The translations under genes and the position numbers were made by a program. The notes under the pieces are model-generated. The model was given only the letters and a program-made list of their open reading frames with translations. It made no database searches and was not told where the DNA came from. A stretch of DNA of 64,000 nt from Candidatus Margulisiibacteriota bacterium (lineage in GTDB: Bacteria > Margulisbacteria > WOR-1 > JAKLHX01 > JBAZKV01), in NCBI GenBank assembly GCA_041650635.1, contig JBAZKV010000002.1, forward strand, positions 47,844 through 111,843, written 5' to 3'. Numbering within the stretch: position 1 is the first letter of the stretch; each line of letters starts with the position of its first letter. Below, in pieces: positions 41,204 through 48,562 of this stretch.

Positions 41204-41925
41204 AATATATCTCATACGATAAAATCGAAACTTTGACCGAGCAAAGACTTTGCGAATATGAAAGTAAATTCGGTCAGATAGTTTCGCCTCCGATTCCCAT
41301 CGACAAAATAATTGAAAGATTATTCAGCCTGCGTATTCTCTGGGAAAATATTCACGAAGAAGATGGGGAGGTGATCCTCGGTGGTCTTCGTCCGAACGAG
41401 AAGCAGATTGTTCTGAATGATTCGAGAATGCCTCTTTTTAATAAATATGAAGGATTAGAGCCTTTTACAAAGGGCCATGAGTTGGGGCATTGGGACTTGC
41501 TCGAGGAAAAAGATTTGATTGGCCACCAGATGTTCAACTTTTTGACAAAAAGCAGCTTTGTTTTGAGGAGTTCATCTGATAAAGATGCCGAAAAAGTCAG
41601 AGTGCTAATTGCAAATCTTTGGAAAGGACCTGATTTCTACAAAGTAATAAAATCTATTGAAGGCAAAAAAGATGATGCAATTACAAAAAGAATTATTGAC
41701 AGATATGCAAGTACCCTTTTGATGCCAAAACATCTGATAAAAAAAGTTTGCGCAACTCTTGATATTTTGAGCTGGAGCGATCTATATAAGCTACGTAAAA
41801 TCTTTAATGTGACAATTTCTGCCCTTACCGTGAGGCTTCAACAGCTGAATATGATATACATTGATAACAAGAAAATCTATAAGTCAAAGGAGGATGCAAT
41901 CGGTCAATTAGCCCTAATAAGATAG
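41200..41925 (+). CDS. ImmA/IrrE-family zinc metallopeptidase (COG2856-like)
   Basis: HELGHWDL (HExxH) about 90 aa from the N-terminus. The gene overlaps the XRE stop (ATGA), the typical XRE-ImmA pair organisation. Confidence 0.55.
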   Translation: MKYISYDKIETLTEQRLCEYESKFGQIVSPPIPIDKIIERLFSLRILWENIHEEDGEVILGGLRPNEKQIVLNDSRMPLFNKYEGLEPFTKGHELGHWDLLEEKDLIGHQMFNFLTKSSFVLRSSSDKDAEKVRVLIANLWKGPDFYKVIKSIEGKKDDAITKRIIDRYASTLLMPKHLIKKVCATLDILSWSDLYKLRKIFNVTISALTVRLQQLNMIYIDNKKIYKSKEDAIGQLALIR

Positions 41926-42022
41926 GATTCGAGCATCGCCCTATTAGGGCATTTTTTATAAGGTCGATGTTGCAGTTGAATATCAACGCAACAAATAAGG
42001 GCGATAGATAATTACGAAAGGG

Positions 42023-42304
42023 GTGATTGACGTGGCTACACAGTCGGAAATAATTGCGGCTATCGAGCAGCGAGTAACTACTTCCAAGACAGTACAGTAT
42101 TCCATTTGGACTATAGGGATAACAGCTGATCCAAAACAACGAAGAGATCAACATGAATCTGATGGAAAAAACACAGCCCACTGGATGCATTGGAAAGCTG
42201 ATTCAGAAACGATAGCAAGGAATGTTGAAAAATACTTCCTAAGTAAAGGCATGAAAGGTGACGTAGGCGGAGGAATTTATCCAACATACGTTTATATTTT
42301 CTAG
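42023..42304 (+). CDS. hypothetical small protein
   Basis: 93-aa ORF between immA-like and recombinase genes, with no recognisable motifs. Confidence 0.25.
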   Translation: MIDVATQSEIIAAIEQRVTTSKTVQYSIWTIGITADPKQRRDQHESDGKNTAHWMHWKADSETIARNVEKYFLSKGMKGDVGGGIYPTYVYIF

Positions 42305-42378
42305 CCAGTTTTGTATCCCAAGGGTATTGCGTTAAATGCTCTACCCTTGGGGGCATATAAAGAAAGGAGAACAAGCGT

Positions 42379-43896
42379 ATGAAAGCCGCTATCTATACGA
42401 GGGTTTCTACCGATGGACAGGCCGAGGTCGAGTTTAATTCGTGCGAGACACAGGAGATCAAGATCAGGTCGTTCATATCAAGCCAGAATGATCTTGAGGT
42501 CCATAAGGTCTATTCCGACCAAGGATATACAGGAGCCAATACAGACCGGCCTGCCCTGCAGGAGATGATAGGCGACATACAGAATGGGAAGATCAATCTT
42601 GTTATCGCGTATAAGATCGACCGCTTAACAAGATCTCCTAAAGATTTTTATCAGCTTATTGAGATCTTTGAGCAATACAACGTCAGTTTTATATCAGTCA
42701 CGGAAAGATTTGACACCTCTACCCCATCCGGAAGGCTTTTGAGGAATATAATGCTCACTTTTGCCCAATTTGAGCGTGAGCTCATCAGCGAAAGAATAAA
42801 AGACAAAATGTTTGAACGCGCTAAAAAGGGCTTTTGGTGCGCCGGAGTAACGCCTTTCGGCTATAAGAGAGAAAACAAAAGGCTGGTAATTGAACCAAGG
42901 GAAGCGGATATTATTAGGACCATATTTGAAACCTTTGTTTCAACAGGGGTCTTGGCTGAAGTATATGAGCTGTTAAAAAAGAAAAAGATGTTTGGCAGGA
43001 ATGGACTGCCCATATTGAAAACCTGCATTTCTTACATCTTAAGGTCCACAGTTTATGTGGGAAAGGTCAGGCATAACGGGAATTTTTATAAAGGTTTGCA
43101 TGAGCCGCTTATTTCAGAAGAGCTCTTTCAAGAAGCTCAATTATTATTTAAGCCACTTAATAAAAAAAGCAAAGTCTTTAACTATACGCTATTTCCGGGA
43201 TTGGTCAGGTGTAAAGAATGCGGCTCGGTTATGACATCAGTTTTTACGAACAAATTCAGCAACGGCAAGCGGGTAAGGTATTTTTATTATCGCTGCACAT
43301 CAATAGTAAAAAGAGACGGATCGTTCTGCGGCATCAAACAGGTAAGCTCCGACAGATTAGACTCATATATCGTTGATAATCTCGATAAAATAGCAAAAAA
43401 TCAGCAGTACCTGGATAGTTTGATTTTTATGCTCAATAATCAGGCCAAGGGTAGGCAAATTGGGGTCGAACCAAACGGGGACGGCTCTTTTTATACCTCC
43501 GAAAGAGTGCGCGAGATCATAGGAAAGATCGTTAAAGCCTCAAAACTGCAAGGAAATGTTGAAAAGAGGGCTGTCATAAAAAGGCACATCAAGGCATTAA
43601 TTTATTCAAAAGAGGCAATAGAAGTATCCCTGTTGTACAGCGCAAATGACTCGCCCGCATTCGAAAATGGCTCTAAGAAAAAAGAATTGAGCACGGAAGA
43701 CCATCATTCGGCGGCTTGGGTCTGCCGCCACCCAGCCCCAAGCCGCCTTGATAGTGCTTTTAAAAATGAAAAAGGGAAGTTAAAAACTGCTGAAGAAAAA
43801 CCTTGCGGAACATTAGTTCGCAACAATAATCAACTGCGCCATGTTGGATTCGAACCAACGGCCCGCTGCTTAAGAGGCAGCTGCTCTACCAACTGA
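42379..43896 (+). CDS. large serine recombinase (resolvase/invertase N-domain plus recombinase domain plus zinc ribbon)
   Basis: MKAAIYTRVSTDGQ (catalytic Ser region), a ~150-aa resolvase domain, a recombinase domain and CKECGSVM...YYRC zinc ribbon. The final ~65 codons read through inverted repeat B, a GC hairpin and tRNA-Lys (..VGFEPT..), so the true stop probably lies earlier. Confidence 0.8.
   Translation: MKAAIYTRVSTDGQAEVEFNSCETQEIKIRSFISSQNDLEVHKVYSDQGYTGANTDRPALQEMIGDIQNGKINLVIAYKIDRLTRSPKDFYQLIEIFEQYNVSFISVTERFDTSTPSGRLLRNIMLTFAQFERELISERIKDKMFERAKKGFWCAGVTPFGYKRENKRLVIEPREADIIRTIFETFVSTGVLAEVYELLKKKKMFGRNGLPILKTCISYILRSTVYVGKVRHNGNFYKGLHEPLISEELFQEAQLLFKPLNKKSKVFNYTLFPGLVRCKECGSVMTSVFTNKFSNGKRVRYFYYRCTSIVKRDGSFCGIKQVSSDRLDSYIVDNLDKIAKNQQYLDSLIFMLNNQAKGRQIGVEPNGDGSFYTSERVREIIGKIVKASKLQGNVEKRAVIKRHIKALIYSKEAIEVSLLYSANDSPAFENGSKKKELSTEDHHSAAWVCRHPAPSRLDSAFKNEKGKLKTAEEKPCGTLVRNNNQLRHVGFEPTARCLRGSCSTN
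43706..43840. repeat. inverted repeat B (right copy); similarity continues inward to ~43590
   Basis: 43722-43840 is perfectly reverse-complementary to 39815-39933. The outer end includes the last 6 nt of tRNA-Lys. Confidence 0.9.
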
Positions 43897-43907
43897 GCTA
43901 ATGGCGC
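43835..43907 (-). tRNA. tRNA-Lys (anticodon CTT)
   Basis: Reverse complement GCGCCATTAGCTCAGTTGGTAGAGCAGCTGCCTCTTAAGCAGCGGGCCGTTGGTTCGAATCCAACATGGCGCA; the anticodon loop CTCTTAA gives CTT. Confidence 0.8.
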
Positions 43908-44036
43908 AAAACTAATAAACCTTCACTGCCTAGCACTGAGCGACCCCGAGCCCTGTCGAGGGGGAGTCGAAGTGCTAATGGCGCAAATAAGAAAGCTTTC
44001 AAATAAAATTATAACATGACACAACGGGGCAAATGG

Positions 44037-44585
44037 TCATCTTCTTCTCTTGTCCGCAAGCGAAAGGATGCCGATCGCCAAAAATCCTCCTGCCAGAGCG
44101 GTAAGCAGCTGCGGCCAGGTCATCATGACGGCAACGGCCTGAGGGATGTCCACAGCCTGCAGCCTGCCGCCCACCAGCAGAGTGACCGGCCTTGCCATCG
44201 TTATGGATACCATCATATACAGGAAAACAGCCTTAAGGAAAGCGCCGCCACAAACTGCAATGAACCTGCCCTTTTGCATCAAAGCGTTGTACACACTTAC
44301 ATATATGGCATTACTGATCACAATAAAGGGGACCATAACAAGGAGAGCAATAGGCAGCACCGCAGAGAAGGATGCTACTATAGGAGTGATGAGCCCCAGC
44401 ATAATAGCCCTTTCCACCCCGCATTTTTCGGTGCAGATTATGAGTATCATGTTCACGATAACGCCTGTTATCATCTGAGGCATCCCGAACAGGATAAAAA
44501 GTATTGCGGCAAGCCCCAAAAGGAGCGCCTGGACCTGGCTCGAGACTTTTGTCTGTTTTAAGATACCCTCTGAAGCATTCATCGT
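44037..44585 (-). CDS. ECF-transporter S-component-like membrane protein (possibly QueT-type queuosine-precursor transporter)
   Basis: Start at MNASEGILKQTK; ~180 aa with 5-6 TM helices. Located next to queH. Confidence 0.4.
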   Translation of the reverse strand, partial: TMNASEGILKQTKVSSQVQALLLGLAAILFILFGMPQMITGVIVNMILIICTEKCGVERAIMLGLITPIVASFSAVLPIALLVMVPFIVISNAIYVSVYNALMQKGRFIAVCGGAFLKAVFLYMMVSITMARPVTLLVGGRLQAVDIPQAVAVMMTWPQLLTALAGGFLAIGILSLADKRRR

Positions 44586-44608
44586 GTTTTCTCCTTTCCT
44601 GATATATC

Positions 44609-44682
44609 TGCGCCCGGCGGGATTTGAACCCACAACCTACAGCTCCGGAGGCTGTCGCTCTATCCAGTTGAGCCACGGGCGC
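44609..44682 (-). tRNA. tRNA-Arg (anticodon CCG)
   Basis: Reverse complement GCGCCCGTGGCTCAACTGGATAGAGCGACAGCCTCCGGAGCTGT...GGGTTCAAATCCCGCCGGGCGCA. Confidence 0.8.
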
Positions 44683-44722
44683 ATGAATAGATTATAGCAA
44701 CCAAAAAGAGCGCAGTCGAATG

Positions 44723-44796
44723 TGCGCTTGGGGCGACTCGAACGCCCGGCCTACTGCTTCGAAGGCAGTTGCTCTATCCAACTGAGCTACAAGCGC
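44723..44796 (-). tRNA. tRNA-Arg (anticodon TCG)
   Basis: Reverse complement GCGCTTGTAGCTCAGTTGGATAGAGCAACTGCCTTCGAAGCAGT...GGGCGTTCGAGTCGCCCCAAGCGCA. Confidence 0.8.
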
Positions 44797-44808
44797 GTGC
44801 CCGGTTAA

Positions 44809-45333
44809 TTATCTAATACTGTACCTGCATCCGCAATAGTTCTGGCAGTATAGTCCGTTTTGCTTAGCAAAATCGTGCGTCTTCTTGAACCCGTCCTGTT
44901 TCTTAAAATCGTATTTAAGGAAGGTATCCCCTCCCGCTCTCCCGCCCTCCTGCTCTACTGTCTTAGCGTTCTTATGCGGACTTACGGTCAATGTAGAGGT
45001 AAAGAAAGGGATATTGAGCTTCCTAGCCATTCTTGCCGTCTCTTCGAGCCGCATTTGGAAGCAGACCGTACACCGCAAACCGCCTTCCGCCTCGGTCTCA
45101 AGGCCCTTGACTTTTAAAAACCATGCATCGGGATCATATTTGCCTTCTATAAGATCAAAGTTCAGCAGCTGCGACACTTTTTGGGCCACAGTGAGTCTTC
45201 TTATGTATTCTTCTTCAGGCTGGATGTTGGGATCATAAAAGAAGCCTGCGACCTCATAACCGTCTGAGCGGAGTTTTTCTACCGGCCAGGAGGCGCACAC
45301 CCCGCAGCAGATATGGAGCAGGACCTTTTTCAT
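44809..45333 (-). CDS. queH: epoxyqueuosine reductase QueH (DUF208)
   Basis: MKKVLLHICCGVCASWP... with the conserved HxCCxxC N-terminus and later CTVC/CGC cysteines of QueH. Confidence 0.7.
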   Translation of the reverse strand: MKKVLLHICCGVCASWPVEKLRSDGYEVAGFFYDPNIQPEEEYIRRLTVAQKVSQLLNFDLIEGKYDPDAWFLKVKGLETEAEGGLRCTVCFQMRLEETARMARKLNIPFFTSTLTVSPHKNAKTVEQEGGRAGGDTFLKYDFKKQDGFKKTHDFAKQNGLYCQNYCGCRYSIR

Positions 45334-45430
45334 AAGATCCCGACGCTAAAGACCTCGACGAGCTCGGTCGAGTCGCGTCGGCTCCTGTCCGGAAAAACCG
45401 GAGCCGACCTTTTAAGGTCGGGTCGTTTTT

Positions 45431-45946
45431 TCACTTTAGGTCTTTGTAAATGCCGCTGTAGCCCTGCGCAACTTCGCTGATGCGCGAAAAGGCCAGCTGC
45501 AGCACTCTGGCGTTCTGTTTAAGATCAAGCCCCTGGGGATTTTCTACCACCAAAAGGAATTCGCTCTTGCCGCAAAATCCCGCGTCCCAGATCCCGTTCT
45601 GGGTAAAGGCCCCCGCTCTCAGCAGCGTTGTCCTGGTAAAAGCAAACCCCATAAGGTCGTTGGGGATATTGACGGTCTCGTTGGTCCTGACCTTGTAGGC
45701 GCCTTTTTTAAGATGCCACCAGCCAAAGGGATCCTCCGGAGCCCCTTTTTCTGGCATCATCTCCCGGCATTCCGGAAGCGCCCTTTCCCTGTTGGAAAAA
45801 TCAACGGCTCCACGACCGGTAAATTCGAATATCTTTTCAACTGTCAGGTCAAAGCCGTTCTGCGTCAGCTGTTTATCAAGCGAAAAATAGCCTTCTATGA
45901 GATTCTCTCCCTTTATCAGTTCTTCTATTTCGTGTTTGCTGAGCAT
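45431..45946 (-). CDS. dCTP deaminase/dUTPase-family protein
   Basis: GIWDAGFCGKSEFLL resembles the G-x-I-D-x-G-Y-x-G-E motif of the dUTPase/Dcd beta-barrel. Confidence 0.5.
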   Translation of the reverse strand: MLSKHEIEELIKGENLIEGYFSLDKQLTQNGFDLTVEKIFEFTGRGAVDFSNRERALPECREMMPEKGAPEDPFGWWHLKKGAYKVRTNETVNIPNDLMGFAFTRTTLLRAGAFTQNGIWDAGFCGKSEFLLVVENPQGLDLKQNARVLQLAFSRISEVAQGYSGIYKDLK

Positions 45947-45956
45947 TGTTGCCTTT

Positions 45957-46334
45957 CTATGTCAGAGCTCTTTTTACTTCGTCAGGGATCTTTAGCAGTT
46001 TTAATGCCGGGTCAACGCAGGCCATAATTGTCTTTGCTTTTGCAACTGTTTTTCCGTCCTGGTTCTTAATAACGCAATCAAACACGATCTTGATCTTTTT
46101 TATTTCCGAAATGACCGTCTCTGTCTCAAGGATGTCCCCGTACTTTGCGGGAGCCTCATAGTCTATTTCCTGCCTTGCGACCGCAAACCATATCCCGCTG
46201 TCTGCCAGGGCTTTTACATCAAGGCCTTTGCTCTCAAGATATTCAGTTCTTGCCTCTTCAAGATATTTAAGATAATTGCCGTAATAGACCACCCCGCCGC
46301 AGTCGGTGTCGTGATAATAGATTCGTGTTTTCAT
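45957..46334 (-). CDS. acyl-CoA thioesterase (4HBT/YbgC-like hot-dog fold)
   Basis: 125 aa; YYHDTDCGGVVYYGNYLKYLEEART matches the YbgC/4HBT N-terminal motif. Confidence 0.65.
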   Translation of the reverse strand: MKTRIYYHDTDCGGVVYYGNYLKYLEEARTEYLESKGLDVKALADSGIWFAVARQEIDYEAPAKYGDILETETVISEIKKIKIVFDCVIKNQDGKTVAKAKTIMACVDPALKLLKIPDEVKRALT

Positions 46335-46765
46335 TATAGCGCCGATATGTCCTTTGCTTTGACCGTGTTTATTCTGTTCTTAATAAGGATCTTCACCGCT
46401 TGCTGCGGGTCTTCAAAGCGGAACACCATGAGCGCTTTGTCCGTATGTTTTTCGACAAAGCCGTACATATACTCGAGGTTCAAATCGTTGTCGTCAATAA
46501 CTTTCAGGACCTTTGCCAGACCTCCCGGCTCATCTTCGACCTCAACAGCCACTATCTCGGTAGTTTCTGCGGTAAACCCGGCCTCTTTGAGGGCATTTGC
46601 AGCGGCATCGGGCCTGTCCGTAACCATCCGCAGTATGCCAAAGTCGCTGCTTTCCGCAATGGTCAACGCCTTTATATTGACACAGGCCTTGCCCAGAACG
46701 CTGCTAACCTCATAAAGGCGCCCTTTCCTGTTCTCCAAAAAAACCGAGATCTGGCAGATCAGCAT
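46334..46765 (-). CDS. ACT-domain protein
   Basis: Two ACT-like beta-alpha-beta-beta-alpha-beta units (ISVFLENRKGRL...; VAVEVEDEPGGLAKV). Confidence 0.55.
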   Translation of the reverse strand: MLICQISVFLENRKGRLYEVSSVLGKACVNIKALTIAESSDFGILRMVTDRPDAAANALKEAGFTAETTEIVAVEVEDEPGGLAKVLKVIDDNDLNLEYMYGFVEKHTDKALMVFRFEDPQQAVKILIKNRINTVKAKDISAL

Positions 46766-46778
46766 GGCTAATGCCCTC

Positions 46779-48080
46779 CTATGTTTTCCTTTTATCGATC
46801 ACTCTGCTGGCTTTACCCTCGCTTCTTGCAAGGGACCTCGGCTCCACCAGTTTTACCCTGGCAAAGATCCCCAGCACCGATGCCATCTCTTTCCGTATCT
46901 TTTCCTCGAGTATGTTCATCTTTTTTATCTCGTCAGAAAATATCTTCTGGTCAACCTCCACATGTATCTCTATTTCGTCAAGCTTTCCCTGCCCCCTGTC
47001 GACCACTATCTGGTACTGCGGTTTTACTCCTTCTATGCTCAAAAGCACATGCTCTATCTGTGAAGGAAAGATATTGATCCCCCGCACTATTATCATGTCA
47101 TCTGTCCTGCCCTTGATCTTGCTGATGCGCGGCAGCGTCCTTCCGCACCTGCACTTCTTGTGGTCAATGCTCACTATGTCCCTTGTCCTGTACCTGATCA
47201 GGGGAATGCCTTTTTTGGTCAGCGTCGTTATCACAAGCTCTCCGCTGTCGCCTTCTTTGGCCTCCCTGCCCGTTGCGGAGTCTATCACCTCGGGATAGAA
47301 CAAGTCTGAGAACACATGAAGCCCTGCCTTATAAGAGCATTCCTGCGCTACTCCGGGACCGATTATCTCGGACAGGCCGTATATATCAAGGGCCGTCATT
47401 TTCCAGGAGGCTTCAAGGTCCTTTCTTATCGATTCGCTCCAGGGCTCTGCGCCAAAGACCCCTATTTCCCATGAGCTTTTTCCTGTATCCATCCCCATTT
47501 CTGCAGCTTCCTCTGCCATATACAGGGCATAGCTTGGCGTGCTCGCAAGGATCCTTGGCTTAAAGTCCTCCATCAGTTTTAGCTGTCTTTTAGTCTGTCC
47601 TGACGAAGCCGGTATGACCACAAGACCCATCTCCAGCGCGCCGTAGTGGAGTCCAAGCCCTCCGGTAAAAAGGCCGTAGCCGTAAGCCACCTGTATCAGA
47701 TCGCCCGGGTTGGCTCCCGCGCAGCAAAGAGCCCTTGCGACCACTTTGGACCAAAGCTTTAGATCATCTTTTGTGTATCCCACCACGGTCGGATTTCCTG
47801 TGGTGCCCGAAGACACATGTATCTCCGCCAGGCTTCTTAAAGGGACAGAAAACAGCCCGAAGGGATAATTGTCCCTAAGATCTTCTTTTGTGGTAAATGG
47901 AAGTCTTGTTATATCGGATATATCGTTTATGGAACCCGGCTTTACCCCTAACTCATCGAACCTTTTTCTGTAAAAAGGACTGTTCTCGTTAACATACCTG
48001 ACCGTCTCTTTCAGGTTGCGGGACTGCAGGTCCTTTAAGGCACCGGCTTCCGCGCATTCGACCCGTTCTTCCCATATCAT
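46779..48080 (-). CDS. paaK: phenylacetate-CoA ligase family protein (PaaK/F390-synthetase-like adenylating enzyme)
   Basis: 433 aa; N-terminal ...NSPFYRKRFDELGVKPGSINDISDITRLPFTTKEDLRDNYPFG is characteristic of PaaK. Confidence 0.75.
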   Translation of the reverse strand: MIWEERVECAEAGALKDLQSRNLKETVRYVNENSPFYRKRFDELGVKPGSINDISDITRLPFTTKEDLRDNYPFGLFSVPLRSLAEIHVSSGTTGNPTVVGYTKDDLKLWSKVVARALCCAGANPGDLIQVAYGYGLFTGGLGLHYGALEMGLVVIPASSGQTKRQLKLMEDFKPRILASTPSYALYMAEEAAEMGMDTGKSSWEIGVFGAEPWSESIRKDLEASWKMTALDIYGLSEIIGPGVAQECSYKAGLHVFSDLFYPEVIDSATGREAKEGDSGELVITTLTKKGIPLIRYRTRDIVSIDHKKCRCGRTLPRISKIKGRTDDMIIVRGINIFPSQIEHVLLSIEGVKPQYQIVVDRGQGKLDEIEIHVEVDQKIFSDEIKKMNILEEKIRKEMASVLGIFARVKLVEPRSLARSEGKASRVIDKRKT

Positions 48081-48562
48081 TGAACCGCTCTCCTTCCCTC
48101 ATCAAAAGCAATGAGGTTTTCCTTTAAATGCTTTTCAGAAAACACCTCTTTTACTGCTTTTTCCCAGCTGTTGCGGCTTATTCCCAGGTGAACTGACAAG
48201 GCACCCAGGATAAAGGTGTTCATCAGTTTTTTATTGGTAACTGCTAAGGCCGCTCTGTCTATTAACGGGATGAGATCCCTTCCCTGCTGCGCCAGGTATC
48301 CCAGCCTGTTCTCCCCCTCGTTCTTTTGAAAAGCCACAAGGTAATCGGCTCCGGCATACGGGATCAGCGGAGAAAAAACCTCTTTGCCGTAGCGGACATG
48401 CGATTCAACAGAGCCGCCCCTTTGAGACATTCCGTGGACCTCCGATTTTTTTGCGTGAAAACCATCGTTGATGGCCGCTTTTGCGCATATCTCTGCCGCT
48501 GACAGGACCCCCTGCCCTCCTATTCCGCAGAACAGAATATTAACGGTCTCTTGCTTTTTCAT
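48077..48562 (-). CDS. iorB: indolepyruvate:ferredoxin oxidoreductase beta subunit
   Basis: Start at MKKQETVNILFCGIGGQGVLSAAEI...SEVHGMSQRGGSV (pyruvate-oxidoreductase gamma-like fold). Confidence 0.7.
   Translation of the reverse strand: MKKQETVNILFCGIGGQGVLSAAEICAKAAINDGFHAKKSEVHGMSQRGGSVESHVRYGKEVFSPLIPYAGADYLVAFQKNEGENRLGYLAQQGRDLIPLIDRAALAVTNKKLMNTFILGALSVHLGISRNSWEKAVKEVFSEKHLKENLIAFDEGRRAVQ

Noticed and set aside
43701-43896. C-terminal ~65 aa of the serine recombinase ORF (…DHHSAAWVCRHPAPSRLD…VGFEPTARCLRGSCSTN)
   Set aside because: It translates a GC hairpin, the perfect inverted-repeat segment (which is non-coding in its other copy) and the tRNA-Lys T-arm; this is probably read-through caused by a missing stop rather than real protein.
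44037-44633. Longer start of the QueT-like ORF (MGSNPAGRRYIRKGENT...)
   Set aside because: The extension overlaps the 3' end of tRNA-Arg(CCG); the internal start MNASEGIL is more plausible.
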